Part shown: one piece after another, positions 32,506 through 41,444 of the stretch
Layout of the letters: the number at the start of each line of letters is the position of its first letter
Numbering within the stretch: position 1 is the first letter of the stretch
Sequence record: MK773491.1
Length of the DNA stretch: 64,000 nt
Direction: 5' to 3' (one strand)
Notes under the pieces: model-generated
Told to the model about the DNA's origin: nothing
Database searches by the model: none
The model's input: the letters and a program-made list of their open reading frames with translations, nothing else
Translations under genes and position numbers: made by a program

Positions 32506-33302
32506 TGAGAGTACTAAACACTTTATTAGCACTACATGAAACAACAAAATGCAGTAATCAAAAATCTGGTAGAGTTGGACTTAGTAAACGTTTATACGTT
32601 CGAACCTATGAAATAAATCGTATAGGTAAAGGATATGATAATATTAAACGTTTAGATGTTGGCACTGAATTAATTCTCAAAGCCTATCTTGCACGTAAAG
32701 TCTATATAAATGAGAAAAACCTACGAAATGGATTCTTCTTCGAGATTGAGGATTATCATAACGAAGTAGAGTTCACAAAAGGTCTTTGGAAGATCTTTTG
32801 TATTGAAGTGTTTGGAACATACATGCCAGAATTACCCGTTCCTGAAACCTATTCAGAGTTAGAGAAAATCTTTCGTAATGATGAATTGTACTTTTCATTT
32901 TCATTGTACAAAACGGTGAAGGAAGCAGTAATACACAACCAGATAAAGAACTCAAAACATTTCCAAACCATTAAGGACTTTGATTTGTTTTGTTCATTAC
33001 CGGGTATTCCCGGATGGACTGCACAGCAACATGGTGCTATGTTGGCTGATGGTAGAGTAGAGGCACCACAAAGACTAATGCAGGTTGCATTAGGTATGTT
33101 CAAACTTGAACACTTAGGATGCCCAGAACCGTACCAGTACTTTTGGAAAGAACGTGCAAACGCAGCAATGAATAAAGCGATTGCAGTACTACAAAAGTCA
33201 TATATAGTAAAATTTAGAAATGCCACAATGTATGATAAATCAGTCTTACCAGAAAGATTTGAACCAATCGAGACATTTGTATGGAACAAGAAAAGAGCGT
33301 AA
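32505..33302 (+). CDS. hypothetical protein
   Basis: 265-aa ORF coupled to upstream stop. Confidence 0.65.
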   Translation: MRVLNTLLALHETTKCSNQKSGRVGLSKRLYVRTYEINRIGKGYDNIKRLDVGTELILKAYLARKVYINEKNLRNGFFFEIEDYHNEVEFTKGLWKIFCIEVFGTYMPELPVPETYSELEKIFRNDELYFSFSLYKTVKEAVIHNQIKNSKHFQTIKDFDLFCSLPGIPGWTAQQHGAMLADGRVEAPQRLMQVALGMFKLEHLGCPEPYQYFWKERANAAMNKAIAVLQKSYIVKFRNATMYDKSVLPERFEPIETFVWNKKRA

Positions 33303-33325
33303 AAAATTACGCTCTTTTTGTTTTT
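33291..33325 (+). terminator. intrinsic terminator
   Basis: AAAAGAGCGTAA-aaaa-TTACGCTCTTTT. Confidence 0.8.
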
Positions 33326-33330
33326 AGGGG

Positions 33331-33359
33331 TTGACAAGTCAACCAGATATAGATATAAT
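33331..33359 (+). promoter_or_regulatory. consensus sigma70 promoter
   Basis: TTGACA-17-TATAAT. Confidence 0.85.
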
Positions 33360-33421
33360 TATCTCACTTTATTGAAGTACACACTTTTACTATCGAATAA
33401 CCAAAAAGAGGGAAATCTCAT

Positions 33422-33856
33422 ATGACAGCTAAAATCGAATTCTTCTATACCCACGGTCACCACTACACTGCATCTGGCGTTATTGATGACAGCATTGTAA
33501 CTGATGGTGACATTCTATCATATTCTTCTACTATTGAAAAAGAAAACCTTGACATTCGTACTATCGGTGTTACTGAAGTTAAAATGAAAGATCTTAAATT
33601 TGCCATTGTAACTTATAGTGCTGGTTCAATGTATGAAGGTTGTACTCAAATCATTCACGGTCTAGTTGAGAAGTTCGATATTATGGCAACTTTCACTGAA
33701 GCGGAAAAGATTCGTAAGCTAGAAGAATCCGAGCGTGAAGCTGAAGAACGTGCACAGTACCGCCGCCAGCGTGAAGCAGAGAAGTACGTAGAACGTCGCA
33801 AAAAACGTGCTGCTGAACGTAAAGCAGAACGTACTAAAAATGGTGCATCTAACTAA
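33422..33856 (+). CDS. hypothetical protein with charged helical C-tail
   Basis: 144-aa ORF, GAGG RBS. Confidence 0.7.
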   Translation: MTAKIEFFYTHGHHYTASGVIDDSIVTDGDILSYSSTIEKENLDIRTIGVTEVKMKDLKFAIVTYSAGSMYEGCTQIIHGLVEKFDIMATFTEAEKIRKLEESEREAEERAQYRRQREAEKYVERRKKRAAERKAERTKNGASN

Positions 33857-33862
33857 AAAGTA

Positions 33863-33891
33863 TTGACACCTTTTTAGTACTGACATATAAT
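33863..33891 (+). promoter_or_regulatory. consensus sigma70 promoter
   Basis: TTGACA 33863-33868, 17 nt, TATAAT 33886-33891. Confidence 0.85.
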
Positions 33892-33944
33892 ACTGTCATC
33901 AAGGGGAGCATCGTGCTCCCTTATTAATCAACAAAGGAATCGAA

Positions 33945-35078
33945 ATGAAAGGCAAATACTTTTTTATTGAAAACAGAAAAGAAATTGAAATTGCAGAATT
34001 TGATTACAAATATGTGCGGAACGCCTTTCTAAAAGAATATGATCGTTCTGCAAACCGCAAATACTGCTACACAGTTATTGTAAGTCGTACATACGATCCG
34101 ACTGGTGAACCGATCTTTGATGTTCGGGTTCTAGACCTCAATGACATTTACTTTGACAATACTCGCTTACGTATGTTGGAAGTGATGATTGACGAAATTG
34201 GTTTTGCTAATAAACCTGAAGATCGTCGTATTCAAAATCTTCCTATGCCTCCACTCCAGAAAGAATATCAGGAGTACTTGGAAGGTAAAAAGCGTAAAGC
34301 TGTAGTAACTGAAGTTTCTAATCAGCTTATCGAGGTTCCACCTCCACCAGAACTTAAACGTGTTCCAGTGGCAGAAGATGATTCTCGCATCATGGCAGTG
34401 GAAGCTATGTTTTCTGATAATGATGTAGAAGTTAAACCATTAGTAGTGCTAGATTGGGTTGATAACTTCCCTATTGCTAATCATGAAGTTACGGTTAAAA
34501 TGCGTAACATGACTGAAAAGCAAATCAAAATGGCATCATCTATTAGTGCACATAGCGAGTACTTACATGGCGTTATGAATAATATCGGTTCAGTACTTGA
34601 AGAGATTTTTCCTGTTAATCCGGGGTTCTTCAAGAAAGTGTTCGGGAATACTGATTTTAAAATCGAAAAAAAGAATGTTGATTCTGTCATTGAACGTTTG
34701 ACTAATGCTGTTAAAATCGACTCTCGTCGTTTTGCTGGTTTACAGACGAATTTTGATGAAATCAAAGAAATGGCATCTGAAATCAAAGAAAACCTTGAGC
34801 AAGGTGTTATGGGCTGTAAGTTTGCCGTGGCAAGCATTGAAGATGCATACGAATTTGACATTCGTGAAGAACGTCTCATGAAAATGGGTATCGTGGCAAA
34901 CCAGACACGTGCATCAATGATGGAAGCTGAAATGAAGTTCAACATGGATATGGAACGTTTTAACGAAATCCAAACTGTGTTGCTTCCAATCCTAGTGATT
35001 CGCATTCAGTCCAGTGCAAATTCCAAGTTGGATGATGATACGGTTAAGATTATTCGTAACATTGCAAAAAAAGATTAA
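33945..35078 (+). CDS. divergent TelA/KlaA-like helical protein with extra N-terminal domain
   Basis: C-half PGFFKKVFG and ERFNEIQTVLLPIL parallel the adjacent TelA (KGIVGKFLG, EKYQTLITTTIPAW). Confidence 0.5.
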   Translation: MKGKYFFIENRKEIEIAEFDYKYVRNAFLKEYDRSANRKYCYTVIVSRTYDPTGEPIFDVRVLDLNDIYFDNTRLRMLEVMIDEIGFANKPEDRRIQNLPMPPLQKEYQEYLEGKKRKAVVTEVSNQLIEVPPPPELKRVPVAEDDSRIMAVEAMFSDNDVEVKPLVVLDWVDNFPIANHEVTVKMRNMTEKQIKMASSISAHSEYLHGVMNNIGSVLEEIFPVNPGFFKKVFGNTDFKIEKKNVDSVIERLTNAVKIDSRRFAGLQTNFDEIKEMASEIKENLEQGVMGCKFAVASIEDAYEFDIREERLMKMGIVANQTRASMMEAEMKFNMDMERFNEIQTVLLPILVIRIQSSANSKLDDDTVKIIRNIAKKD

Positions 35079-35086
35079 AATTGTAG

Positions 35087-35114
35087 TTGACACCATTTTG
35101 TAGTGCTGTATAAT
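35087..35114 (+). promoter_or_regulatory. sigma70 promoter
   Basis: TTGACA-16-TG-TATAAT. Confidence 0.75.
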
Positions 35115-35167
35115 GTTTACATCAAGACAAGCAGCACTACTTATTAACTAAACATGAGGAATACATA

Positions 35168-36310
35168 ATGTCCGAAAAAGATATCACTCCAGCAACTAAA
35201 CCTGTTCGCAAATCTGCTACTCGTAAAACTACTACCAAAGCGAAAGCGAAAGATAAAGTAGTTGTTCAGAGTGATGTTATCGAACAATCTGAAAAGCAGC
35301 TTCCAGCACTCGTCACTTCCAAAGGTGAGAAAATGGAACTAACTATCTCTAATATTCATCAGTTTGGTATGGATGCAGGTGCAAGCATTTCTACCCTAAA
35401 CGATCAAATCCTTAACCGTGTTAAAGTTGCGGATAGTGGTGAATTTGGCGAAAGCGTGAATAACATTCTTGCATTGACTCGTAGTGTTGATATCGAATCA
35501 CTTGGTACACCACGTAAAGGTATTGTTGGAAAATTCCTTGGTTTTTTCCGTGATGCAAAACGTCAAGTTACTGATCAGCTTAACACCAGCTACGATCAAA
35601 TTCAGGAAATTGTTAAAACCCTTGATGGTGGCGTAGCTCGTATGGAAGATGAATCACGTTGGCTTGAGCGTGTATACAATGCAAACATCGAAAACCTTCA
35701 TGAATTGAAAGCATCGCTTGCTAGCATTGAAGACGTAAAAGGCCCACAAGAAGAACTGCTCAATCAAATGCGTTTGAATGATGATATTGAAGTTGAGAAG
35801 TTTGAAGAACAAAAACTAATCGTTGAAGCACTAGATAAACAAGCTGATAAGGTACGTCGCTTGATTACTCTATCTCAACTCATGGCACCACAGATTATGT
35901 CCATGCGTAAAGTTAACACCAACACGCATGAGAAGTACCAGACTCTAATCACCACGACTATTCCAGCGTGGAAAACACAGATGAGCCTTGGTCTAATCAG
36001 TGATGCACAACGTAAAGATAACGAGCTTTCTGATAAGATTGACAACCAGACTAACCTACTACTATCTACCAACGCAGATACTGTAGCTAAGAACATGGTT
36101 GATTCTGCGAAAGCTAACCAACGTGGGGTGGTTGATTTGGATACACTACGTAAAGTACAGAACACTATGCTCAAAGGTATTACCGATACCATTGCAGTTG
36201 AACAAAGTGGTGCTGCTGAACGTGAAAAAGCAAAACTCGAAATGGAAGCAATGGATCGTGATTTGAAAAATGCTCTACTAGAGATTGCTGAAAAAACTCA
36301 CAAGAAATAA
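35168..36310 (+). CDS. telA: toxic anion resistance protein TelA/KlaB family
   Basis: IHQFG..A..ISTL.DQIL, QIQEIVKTL, MAPQIMSM, TTIPAWKTQM, NQRGVVDLDTL. Confidence 0.85.
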   Translation: MSEKDITPATKPVRKSATRKTTTKAKAKDKVVVQSDVIEQSEKQLPALVTSKGEKMELTISNIHQFGMDAGASISTLNDQILNRVKVADSGEFGESVNNILALTRSVDIESLGTPRKGIVGKFLGFFRDAKRQVTDQLNTSYDQIQEIVKTLDGGVARMEDESRWLERVYNANIENLHELKASLASIEDVKGPQEELLNQMRLNDDIEVEKFEEQKLIVEALDKQADKVRRLITLSQLMAPQIMSMRKVNTNTHEKYQTLITTTIPAWKTQMSLGLISDAQRKDNELSDKIDNQTNLLLSTNADTVAKNMVDSAKANQRGVVDLDTLRKVQNTMLKGITDTIAVEQSGAAEREKAKLEMEAMDRDLKNALLEIAEKTHKK

Positions 36311-36316
36311 TAAAAT

Positions 36317-36341
36317 AAAGGAGGCGAAAGCCTCCTTTTTC
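36317..36341 (+). terminator. intrinsic terminator
   Basis: AAAGGAGGC-gaaa-GCCTCCTTT plus TT. Confidence 0.85.
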
Positions 36342-36354
36342 GTAGGAGAAAAAA

Positions 36355-37053
36355 ATGGAAAGACGTGATGTAACAATTGATATTGAAACATGGGGTACTC
36401 CAGAGAATAGTGGATATAACATTATTATCCCAAACTACGCATTAGTTGTAGTACCTGAAGAACCAAGAACATATGATCTAGAATGGATGTATGTTCAAAT
36501 GCCAATTCAACCACAAATCAATAAAGGTTTATCTCTAGATGCAGATGCACTTTCTTTCTGGCACGATATGTGTGCAAAAGAATATTCACGTGCCTATGAG
36601 GAAATGAAAAAATCTCTTACATTGAATACGTGTGAGATTCGTACACGCAACTATGCACCAACTGCTAGTAAAGGTGATAGTCCGATGAAAGTGAATGACC
36701 CTACTACTATGGTAGAGTTCTTTATTTCCAACTACAGTAGAAATACTGGAAAACTATGGGGTAATGGTTGTAACTTCGATTGCAGCATTCTTCAAGAGAA
36801 TCACCGTGTAATGTACAATAACGGTAAAATGTGGCGGTATGACGCACCACAGAACGCTAGGAGCCTTAAAGACCTTCTAAGTGATGAAGAACGTGCTGAA
36901 ATGGATAGCATCGTACAGGACTATCTAGGACGTTTTGAGACCACTGTTCGTGTGGAATGTGGCTTGACGAATCTTCAATTACACCATCCCCTTTATGATG
37001 CAGCACGGGAAGCCCTTCAAGTTTCATATTGTCGTATGAAGAAAAAAGGTTGA
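36355..37053 (+). CDS. DEDDh 3'-5' exonuclease (Rv2179c/DexA-like)
   Basis: TIDIETWG, WGNGCNFDCSIL, HHPLYDAARE. Confidence 0.85.
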   Translation: MERRDVTIDIETWGTPENSGYNIIIPNYALVVVPEEPRTYDLEWMYVQMPIQPQINKGLSLDADALSFWHDMCAKEYSRAYEEMKKSLTLNTCEIRTRNYAPTASKGDSPMKVNDPTTMVEFFISNYSRNTGKLWGNGCNFDCSILQENHRVMYNNGKMWRYDAPQNARSLKDLLSDEERAEMDSIVQDYLGRFETTVRVECGLTNLQLHHPLYDAAREALQVSYCRMKKKG

Positions 37054-37078
37054 CAGTACTAGCAGGGTGGGCTATAAT
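37050..37078 (+). promoter_or_regulatory. consensus sigma70 promoter
   Basis: TTGACA 37050-37055, 17 nt, TATAAT 37073-37078. Confidence 0.85.
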
Positions 37079-37108
37079 CTTAGCTCACCCAAATTAAGAG
37101 GATAAATC

Positions 37109-38206
37109 ATGCTTGATTTCGCCATTCTCTTCATACCAGCATTTCTTGTTATGGTTGGTATGAAGATGCTGTACGATCATAAGATTACACCAAAAGAATT
37201 AGGTATTCATTTAGCTGCAATCATTGTTGGTGCTGCTGTTATATTAGGAATCAACTACTACTTTCTGTATAGTGATTTACAAGATATTGAAGTACTGAAC
37301 GGTGAAGTAACAGGTAAGTACAAACATACTGAAATTTGTTCTGAATATAGTTCTTGTAAGAATTATCATTACAAAGAAAAATGCAGAACTACCTACGACA
37401 GCAAAGGACGGTCGCATCGTAGTTGTGTATCATATAAAGTTTTTGACTACCCAACTGAATACGATTGGTACGTTACTACTTCAGTAGGTGAAATTGAAAT
37501 AAAGCGTGTTAACCGCCGTGGTGATGTAATGCCGGATCGCTATCGTATCGCAATGATTGGTGAACCTGCATCAGTACCACATCAATACACAAACTATCTT
37601 TGGGCTGATAAACATTCATTGTTTGCACCTGAAGACTTTGAAACAAAGTACCCAGATGATTACAAGAAAGGAATTCCAAGTTATCCATTAGTTTATGATT
37701 ATTATAGGACTAATCACGTTGTTAACTTGACCAATATTCCATCATTAGGGTATAATGAATATATATCTGAAGTACTTAAAAAAGCCGGAAAAGACAAACA
37801 ATTGAATATGACTATTGTTATGTACGATAGTTCTGACCCTGAGTTTGTTGATGCTACGATGACCAAATGGCGTGGTGGTAAGAAGAATGATGTACTTATG
37901 TTCTTTGGTGTTGATAAAGAAGGTAATGTAAACAAATTCTTCAGCACATCTTTCGCTGGTGGTATGAAAAACGAAATGCTTCACGCAACTATGCGTATTG
38001 ATGCATTGAGCGAGAAAATGTCGCTTGACTTATTGAAGAAACAGGTATATACTGTACTTCAGAAATACGAAAGATTACCTAACGAGGAATTCAAGTACAT
38101 GAAATATAAACTTGAACCTAAGAAGGAAATCATCGTGGCATGTAGCGTAGTGCTACTACTTATCTCACTGTTTATTGGTTTTTATATGAGGGACAACGAT
38201 CTATGA
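37109..38206 (+). CDS. membrane protein with large periplasmic, TPM-like domain
   Basis: 2 N-terminal TM, 1 C-terminal TM; WRGGKKNDVLMFFGV resembles the TPM W..G.K.N.V motif. Confidence 0.55.
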   Translation: MLDFAILFIPAFLVMVGMKMLYDHKITPKELGIHLAAIIVGAAVILGINYYFLYSDLQDIEVLNGEVTGKYKHTEICSEYSSCKNYHYKEKCRTTYDSKGRSHRSCVSYKVFDYPTEYDWYVTTSVGEIEIKRVNRRGDVMPDRYRIAMIGEPASVPHQYTNYLWADKHSLFAPEDFETKYPDDYKKGIPSYPLVYDYYRTNHVVNLTNIPSLGYNEYISEVLKKAGKDKQLNMTIVMYDSSDPEFVDATMTKWRGGKKNDVLMFFGVDKEGNVNKFFSTSFAGGMKNEMLHATMRIDALSEKMSLDLLKKQVYTVLQKYERLPNEEFKYMKYKLEPKKEIIVACSVVLLLISLFIGFYMRDNDL

Positions 38207-38763
38207 AAAACGCACTTATCGCCGTTATCGCACTATTCGTCGTGATTGTACTTGGCGTAGCAGGTGTAGTTGGTATGTACAGCAGCAAGCATGATCAGGC
38301 TGTTAGTTTCGAAAGTAACATTAAACGCTATTACGATGCTTCCGAAAATGATTTGAGTACTTACACACTAACCATCAAAGAGAAAACACAAATTTCCGAT
38401 ATGTATGTTAGTGACCTACGTTCAGTAATTGGTGAGTACTTTAACGGTAAGCAAGGTGTTACTGAAAAACAAGTAATGTCCTTTATCCAACAACACATTC
38501 CAAACTTGGATAGCAAGATTTATCAAGAACTAATGGCAACCATTGAAGCAGGACGTAAACAGTTCAGCAATACACAAAAGATGAAAATTGATCAGTGTGC
38601 GTCATATGATAAATTTCTAAAAGGTTTCTGGAACAGTAAGATTGTTGACCGTACACAGTTCCCGTCTGCAAACATTGCTAAGTACTGTGTAGTAGTTTCA
38701 GACCAACAGACTCGTACCGCAATGGAAACGGGTATTCAAGAACCAATTAGTTTGAAAAAGTAA
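38203..38763 (+). CDS. LemA-like membrane-anchored protein
   Basis: N-terminal TM; IPNLDS.IYQELMATIEAGRKQFS..Q...ID....YDKFL. Confidence 0.65.
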   Translation: MKNALIAVIALFVVIVLGVAGVVGMYSSKHDQAVSFESNIKRYYDASENDLSTYTLTIKEKTQISDMYVSDLRSVIGEYFNGKQGVTEKQVMSFIQQHIPNLDSKIYQELMATIEAGRKQFSNTQKMKIDQCASYDKFLKGFWNSKIVDRTQFPSANIAKYCVVVSDQQTRTAMETGIQEPISLKK

Positions 38764-38771
38764 TTTAATAC

Positions 38772-38797
38772 GCGAGTGCTTAGGCACTCGCTTTTTT
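38772..38797 (+). terminator. intrinsic terminator
   Basis: GCGAGTGC-ttag-GCACTCGC plus TTTTTT. Confidence 0.85.
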
Positions 38798-38810
38798 GTA
38801 TAGGTGAAAT

Positions 38811-39395
38811 ATGAAAATAAATTTTGAGACATGGATGGATTGTACTTATAAAGCTATTCAACTAGTTCAGGATATTGGGCGAGATGTTTTCTATCATAAT
38901 CCATTTTACAAATCTCCATACATATCGTTTGAAAGAATAGATGGTAGACGCTTTATTACAATTACTAGAGAACTTACACCTGAAGAAAAATTGAAAAGTG
39001 AAAATAATACACTTTTATCTGGATCTTCTGGATATAATATTGTTTCTATGTCATCAAGTAATGCAGTTACTTTACCCCCTCTAATTACTATAAAACTTGT
39101 TATTGATTGCCAATGGAAAATACAATCCATTCAATGGATTCAAAAAACAGGACGTGGATTAGCAATCATCGGCACTTATTCCGGTGAATATGATTCATGG
39201 AAAATGTCAGATTCTGGGGGTGAAATTGTCAACTCTATTCTTTTTATTGAAAAAGGAATTGTTCTAGACGGGAAAGTATATACCGACGATAATCCAGAAG
39301 CGTTTATGAACGATATTAGTACTGATGAAGTACGATGCTTAGATTTACTTCATATGCGTGAAAAATATAAAGAACCATTATTTGGGACAGACTAA
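38811..39395 (+). CDS. hypothetical protein
   Basis: 194-aa ORF. Confidence 0.6.
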   Translation: MKINFETWMDCTYKAIQLVQDIGRDVFYHNPFYKSPYISFERIDGRRFITITRELTPEEKLKSENNTLLSGSSGYNIVSMSSSNAVTLPPLITIKLVIDCQWKIQSIQWIQKTGRGLAIIGTYSGEYDSWKMSDSGGEIVNSILFIEKGIVLDGKVYTDDNPEAFMNDISTDEVRCLDLLHMREKYKEPLFGTD

Positions 39396-39396
39396 T

Positions 39397-39951
39397 ATGA
39401 ATTTTTTACCAACTCTTAATAGCATTATGAGAAAATCGCTATATGATAAATTAGATGCAACTTTATCAATTATCGAAGCATTTGATTTTAGTGTTTTTGA
39501 AAATCTTGATGAAGAACAATTATCTATTCATGATATTAATATAACAATATCAAAAGAAAATAGATTTATATTTAGTAAGACTTATCGTATTGAAATTGTT
39601 TCTGATGGTAGTGATCATTATTATCTATATGAAAACCCACATAATCTTTACATAAATGGTAGATATGAACCAATGTTTGTTGATGTGTCATTTAAAGCCC
39701 TAATCAATGATTGTAAATTAAAACGTATTGAAATGCGAATACAAGGCCAGTCATACAACAATGACAGATTGTTGAATATTTTGGTTGGGAAAGAAAAAAT
39801 CTTGATTAACAGCGAATGGTTTGATATAATGGGTCTCGAAGAGAAGATTTTTCAAATGAGTACTGTTAAGTCACCTGAACCATTTGACTTACCATCCATT
39901 GGGGAAATGTTCAGAAAACTCCACTTATTCAACGACAGAGGCGAAAAATGA
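39397..39951 (+). CDS. hypothetical protein, FQxS-motif family
   Basis: EEKIFQMSTV near C-terminus. Confidence 0.6.
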   Translation: MNFLPTLNSIMRKSLYDKLDATLSIIEAFDFSVFENLDEEQLSIHDINITISKENRFIFSKTYRIEIVSDGSDHYYLYENPHNLYINGRYEPMFVDVSFKALINDCKLKRIEMRIQGQSYNNDRLLNILVGKEKILINSEWFDIMGLEEKIFQMSTVKSPEPFDLPSIGEMFRKLHLFNDRGEK

Positions 39952-40325
39952 TTTGGATTGCATTGATAGTTGTAGTATCTCTATATTTTCTATATTTTGT
40001 ACTACGCAGTTGTGCAGTACTACAAGGTCTTTATTTCAAAACTGGCACTAAATCAGTTGTAGGTTTAATTGGTGACTATCCAAAAACCTGTATTGGTGTC
40101 GTAATCTTCTTTGTACTAATCAACATCTATGATTACAAGAAACACGTAGTCAGTATGTATGATTGTTCAGTACAGAAGACTATTCACAAAGCAGCAAATA
40201 GTGAATACTCATGGTATAATGGAGAGTGCAACTTCCAAGATAAGAATGGTGTATTCATTAACATGAAGCGTGTACGTGGTCTACCCGAAGGTACTGCTGA
40301 CCACGCAGATGATGATTTACAATAA
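39948..40325 (+). CDS. hypothetical membrane protein
   Basis: 2 TM segments, Cys pair in soluble C-domain. Confidence 0.65.
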   Translation: MIWIALIVVVSLYFLYFVLRSCAVLQGLYFKTGTKSVVGLIGDYPKTCIGVVIFFVLINIYDYKKHVVSMYDCSVQKTIHKAANSEYSWYNGECNFQDKNGVFINMKRVRGLPEGTADHADDDLQ

Positions 40326-40334
40326 GGTAAAAAT

Positions 40335-40829
40335 ATGTTTGAATGGGATCAAGAGAAGTACTTTGATCCTACCGAGGACGGTTTAACTCACATCAACACA
40401 TATAGTAAAGGAAGAACCGTATTGGGGAGGATGCTATCAAATTTTGCATACTCCCCTTTTGTGTATGAACCATACGGGAAATTTGATTCCGTTGAGGGCT
40501 TCTGGTACTGGTACTTAACTGGACAGAAGCATGAAGACTTGAGAACAGTAAGTGGTTCATATGCTAAAGTACTTGGTAGGAAATATGAAAGTGATAGAGT
40601 AGAACATTCTCTCACTGAAGAAACAATTGAAGTCATGCAAGGTGCAATAATTAGTAAGATTGCACAGAATAAAGAACTACAGAAAATGTTAATTAGTAGT
40701 ACTTTACCTCTATGTCATTATTATTTCATGTATGGACGTGTCATAAATCCCTTTGATGGTCATGATTGGTTCTCCGAGACATTGGAGGATATTCGGACGG
40801 TATTGAAACTTGGGACAAATGGTGTTTAA
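40335..40829 (+). CDS. NADAR-family protein (YbiA/T4 gp30.3-like)
   Basis: LSNFAYSPF, FDSVEGFWYW, AIISKIAQNKELQKMLIST. Confidence 0.7.
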   Translation: MFEWDQEKYFDPTEDGLTHINTYSKGRTVLGRMLSNFAYSPFVYEPYGKFDSVEGFWYWYLTGQKHEDLRTVSGSYAKVLGRKYESDRVEHSLTEETIEVMQGAIISKIAQNKELQKMLISSTLPLCHYYFMYGRVINPFDGHDWFSETLEDIRTVLKLGTNGV

Positions 40830-40840
40830 TGTGATATAAT
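40812..40840 (+). promoter_or_regulatory. phage promoter, class GGGACAAA-N10-TGTGATATAAT, driving the ncRNA
   Basis: GGGACAAA 40812-40819, TGTGATATAAT 40830-40840. Confidence 0.75.
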
Positions 40841-40845
40841 ATGTG

Positions 40846-41196
40846 TAGATATAACAATTGTGGCTGCTTTATGCAGACGTACTGAAACCGAAACCCTTGA
40901 AAACGTAAAGGGACGATGAGCATGACCACACATGCGAAGTGCAGATGAAACCCGCTCGGCGGCAATGCGGCACTATAAAAGGACACGTAAGGCACGTTAA
41001 GTCCTCTTGATAGACATATGAGGTCACTCACCAAAATGCTAAGGGAGACGTTTATACGTCGCATATAGAGCTTGATCGAATAGGCTTTGTATGATGTGGG
41101 CTAAGACCCCGACCGTTGCATATGACTGTGATAGAGAGAAACAGAGCAACCCGCTTTCGTTCTTTGACCAGTTTTAGTACGCTATAGTTGTATCTA
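40846..41196 (+). ncRNA. candidate ~350-nt structured non-coding RNA, family unidentified
   Basis: No + strand ORF; ends pair (40846-40855 with 41187-41196, 40859-40864 with 41181-41186, 40879-40888 with 41171-41180); several internal hairpins. Confidence 0.7.
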
Positions 41197-41256
41197 AAAT
41201 TCAGAGAAATTCACAATTCGATAATTCCGAGGCTACCAGCGTCAGAATCAATAATC

Positions 41257-41279
41257 AGTACTTTAATTAGTACTTTTTT
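41257..41279 (+). terminator. weak terminator after the ncRNA
   Basis: AGTACT-ttaatt-AGTACT plus TTTT. Confidence 0.45.
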
Positions 41280-41444
41280 ATTGTCTTCATTCCCCAATGG
41301 GGGGATGAAATTGCCTCTACAAACCTCGTCAGGAATAAAAGTACAATATGAATTGAGTTACGATAATACGAACGTAGTGAGTATTAAGAGTAACGAAAAT
41401 TCTTAGACAATCGTAGATTGGCTAATTAGACAATAGGAACAATA

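Noticed and set aside
40741-41064. 107-aa minus-strand ORF across the candidate ncRNA
   Set aside because: Antisense to a + strand promoter, overlaps the NADAR gene end, no recognisable motif or convincing RBS; the + strand pairing explains the region better
40846-41196. Identification of the ncRNA as RNase P RNA, tmRNA or a group I/II intron
   Set aside because: ACAGAGCAACCCGCUUU only loosely recalls the RNase P 3' motif and no GAGGAAAGUCC partner is present; no tRNA-like ends or tag frame; no P7 or domain V core; it does not interrupt a gene
40856-41218. Pseudoknot between AAUUGUGG (40856-63) and UCACAAUU (41211-18)
   Set aside because: Competes with the nested 40859-64/41181-86 helix and is AT-rich, so possibly chance; kept only as an alternative fold
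41188-41406. 72-aa minus-strand ORF
   Set aside because: Ser/Ile-rich shadow frame with no RBS, against the local transcription direction
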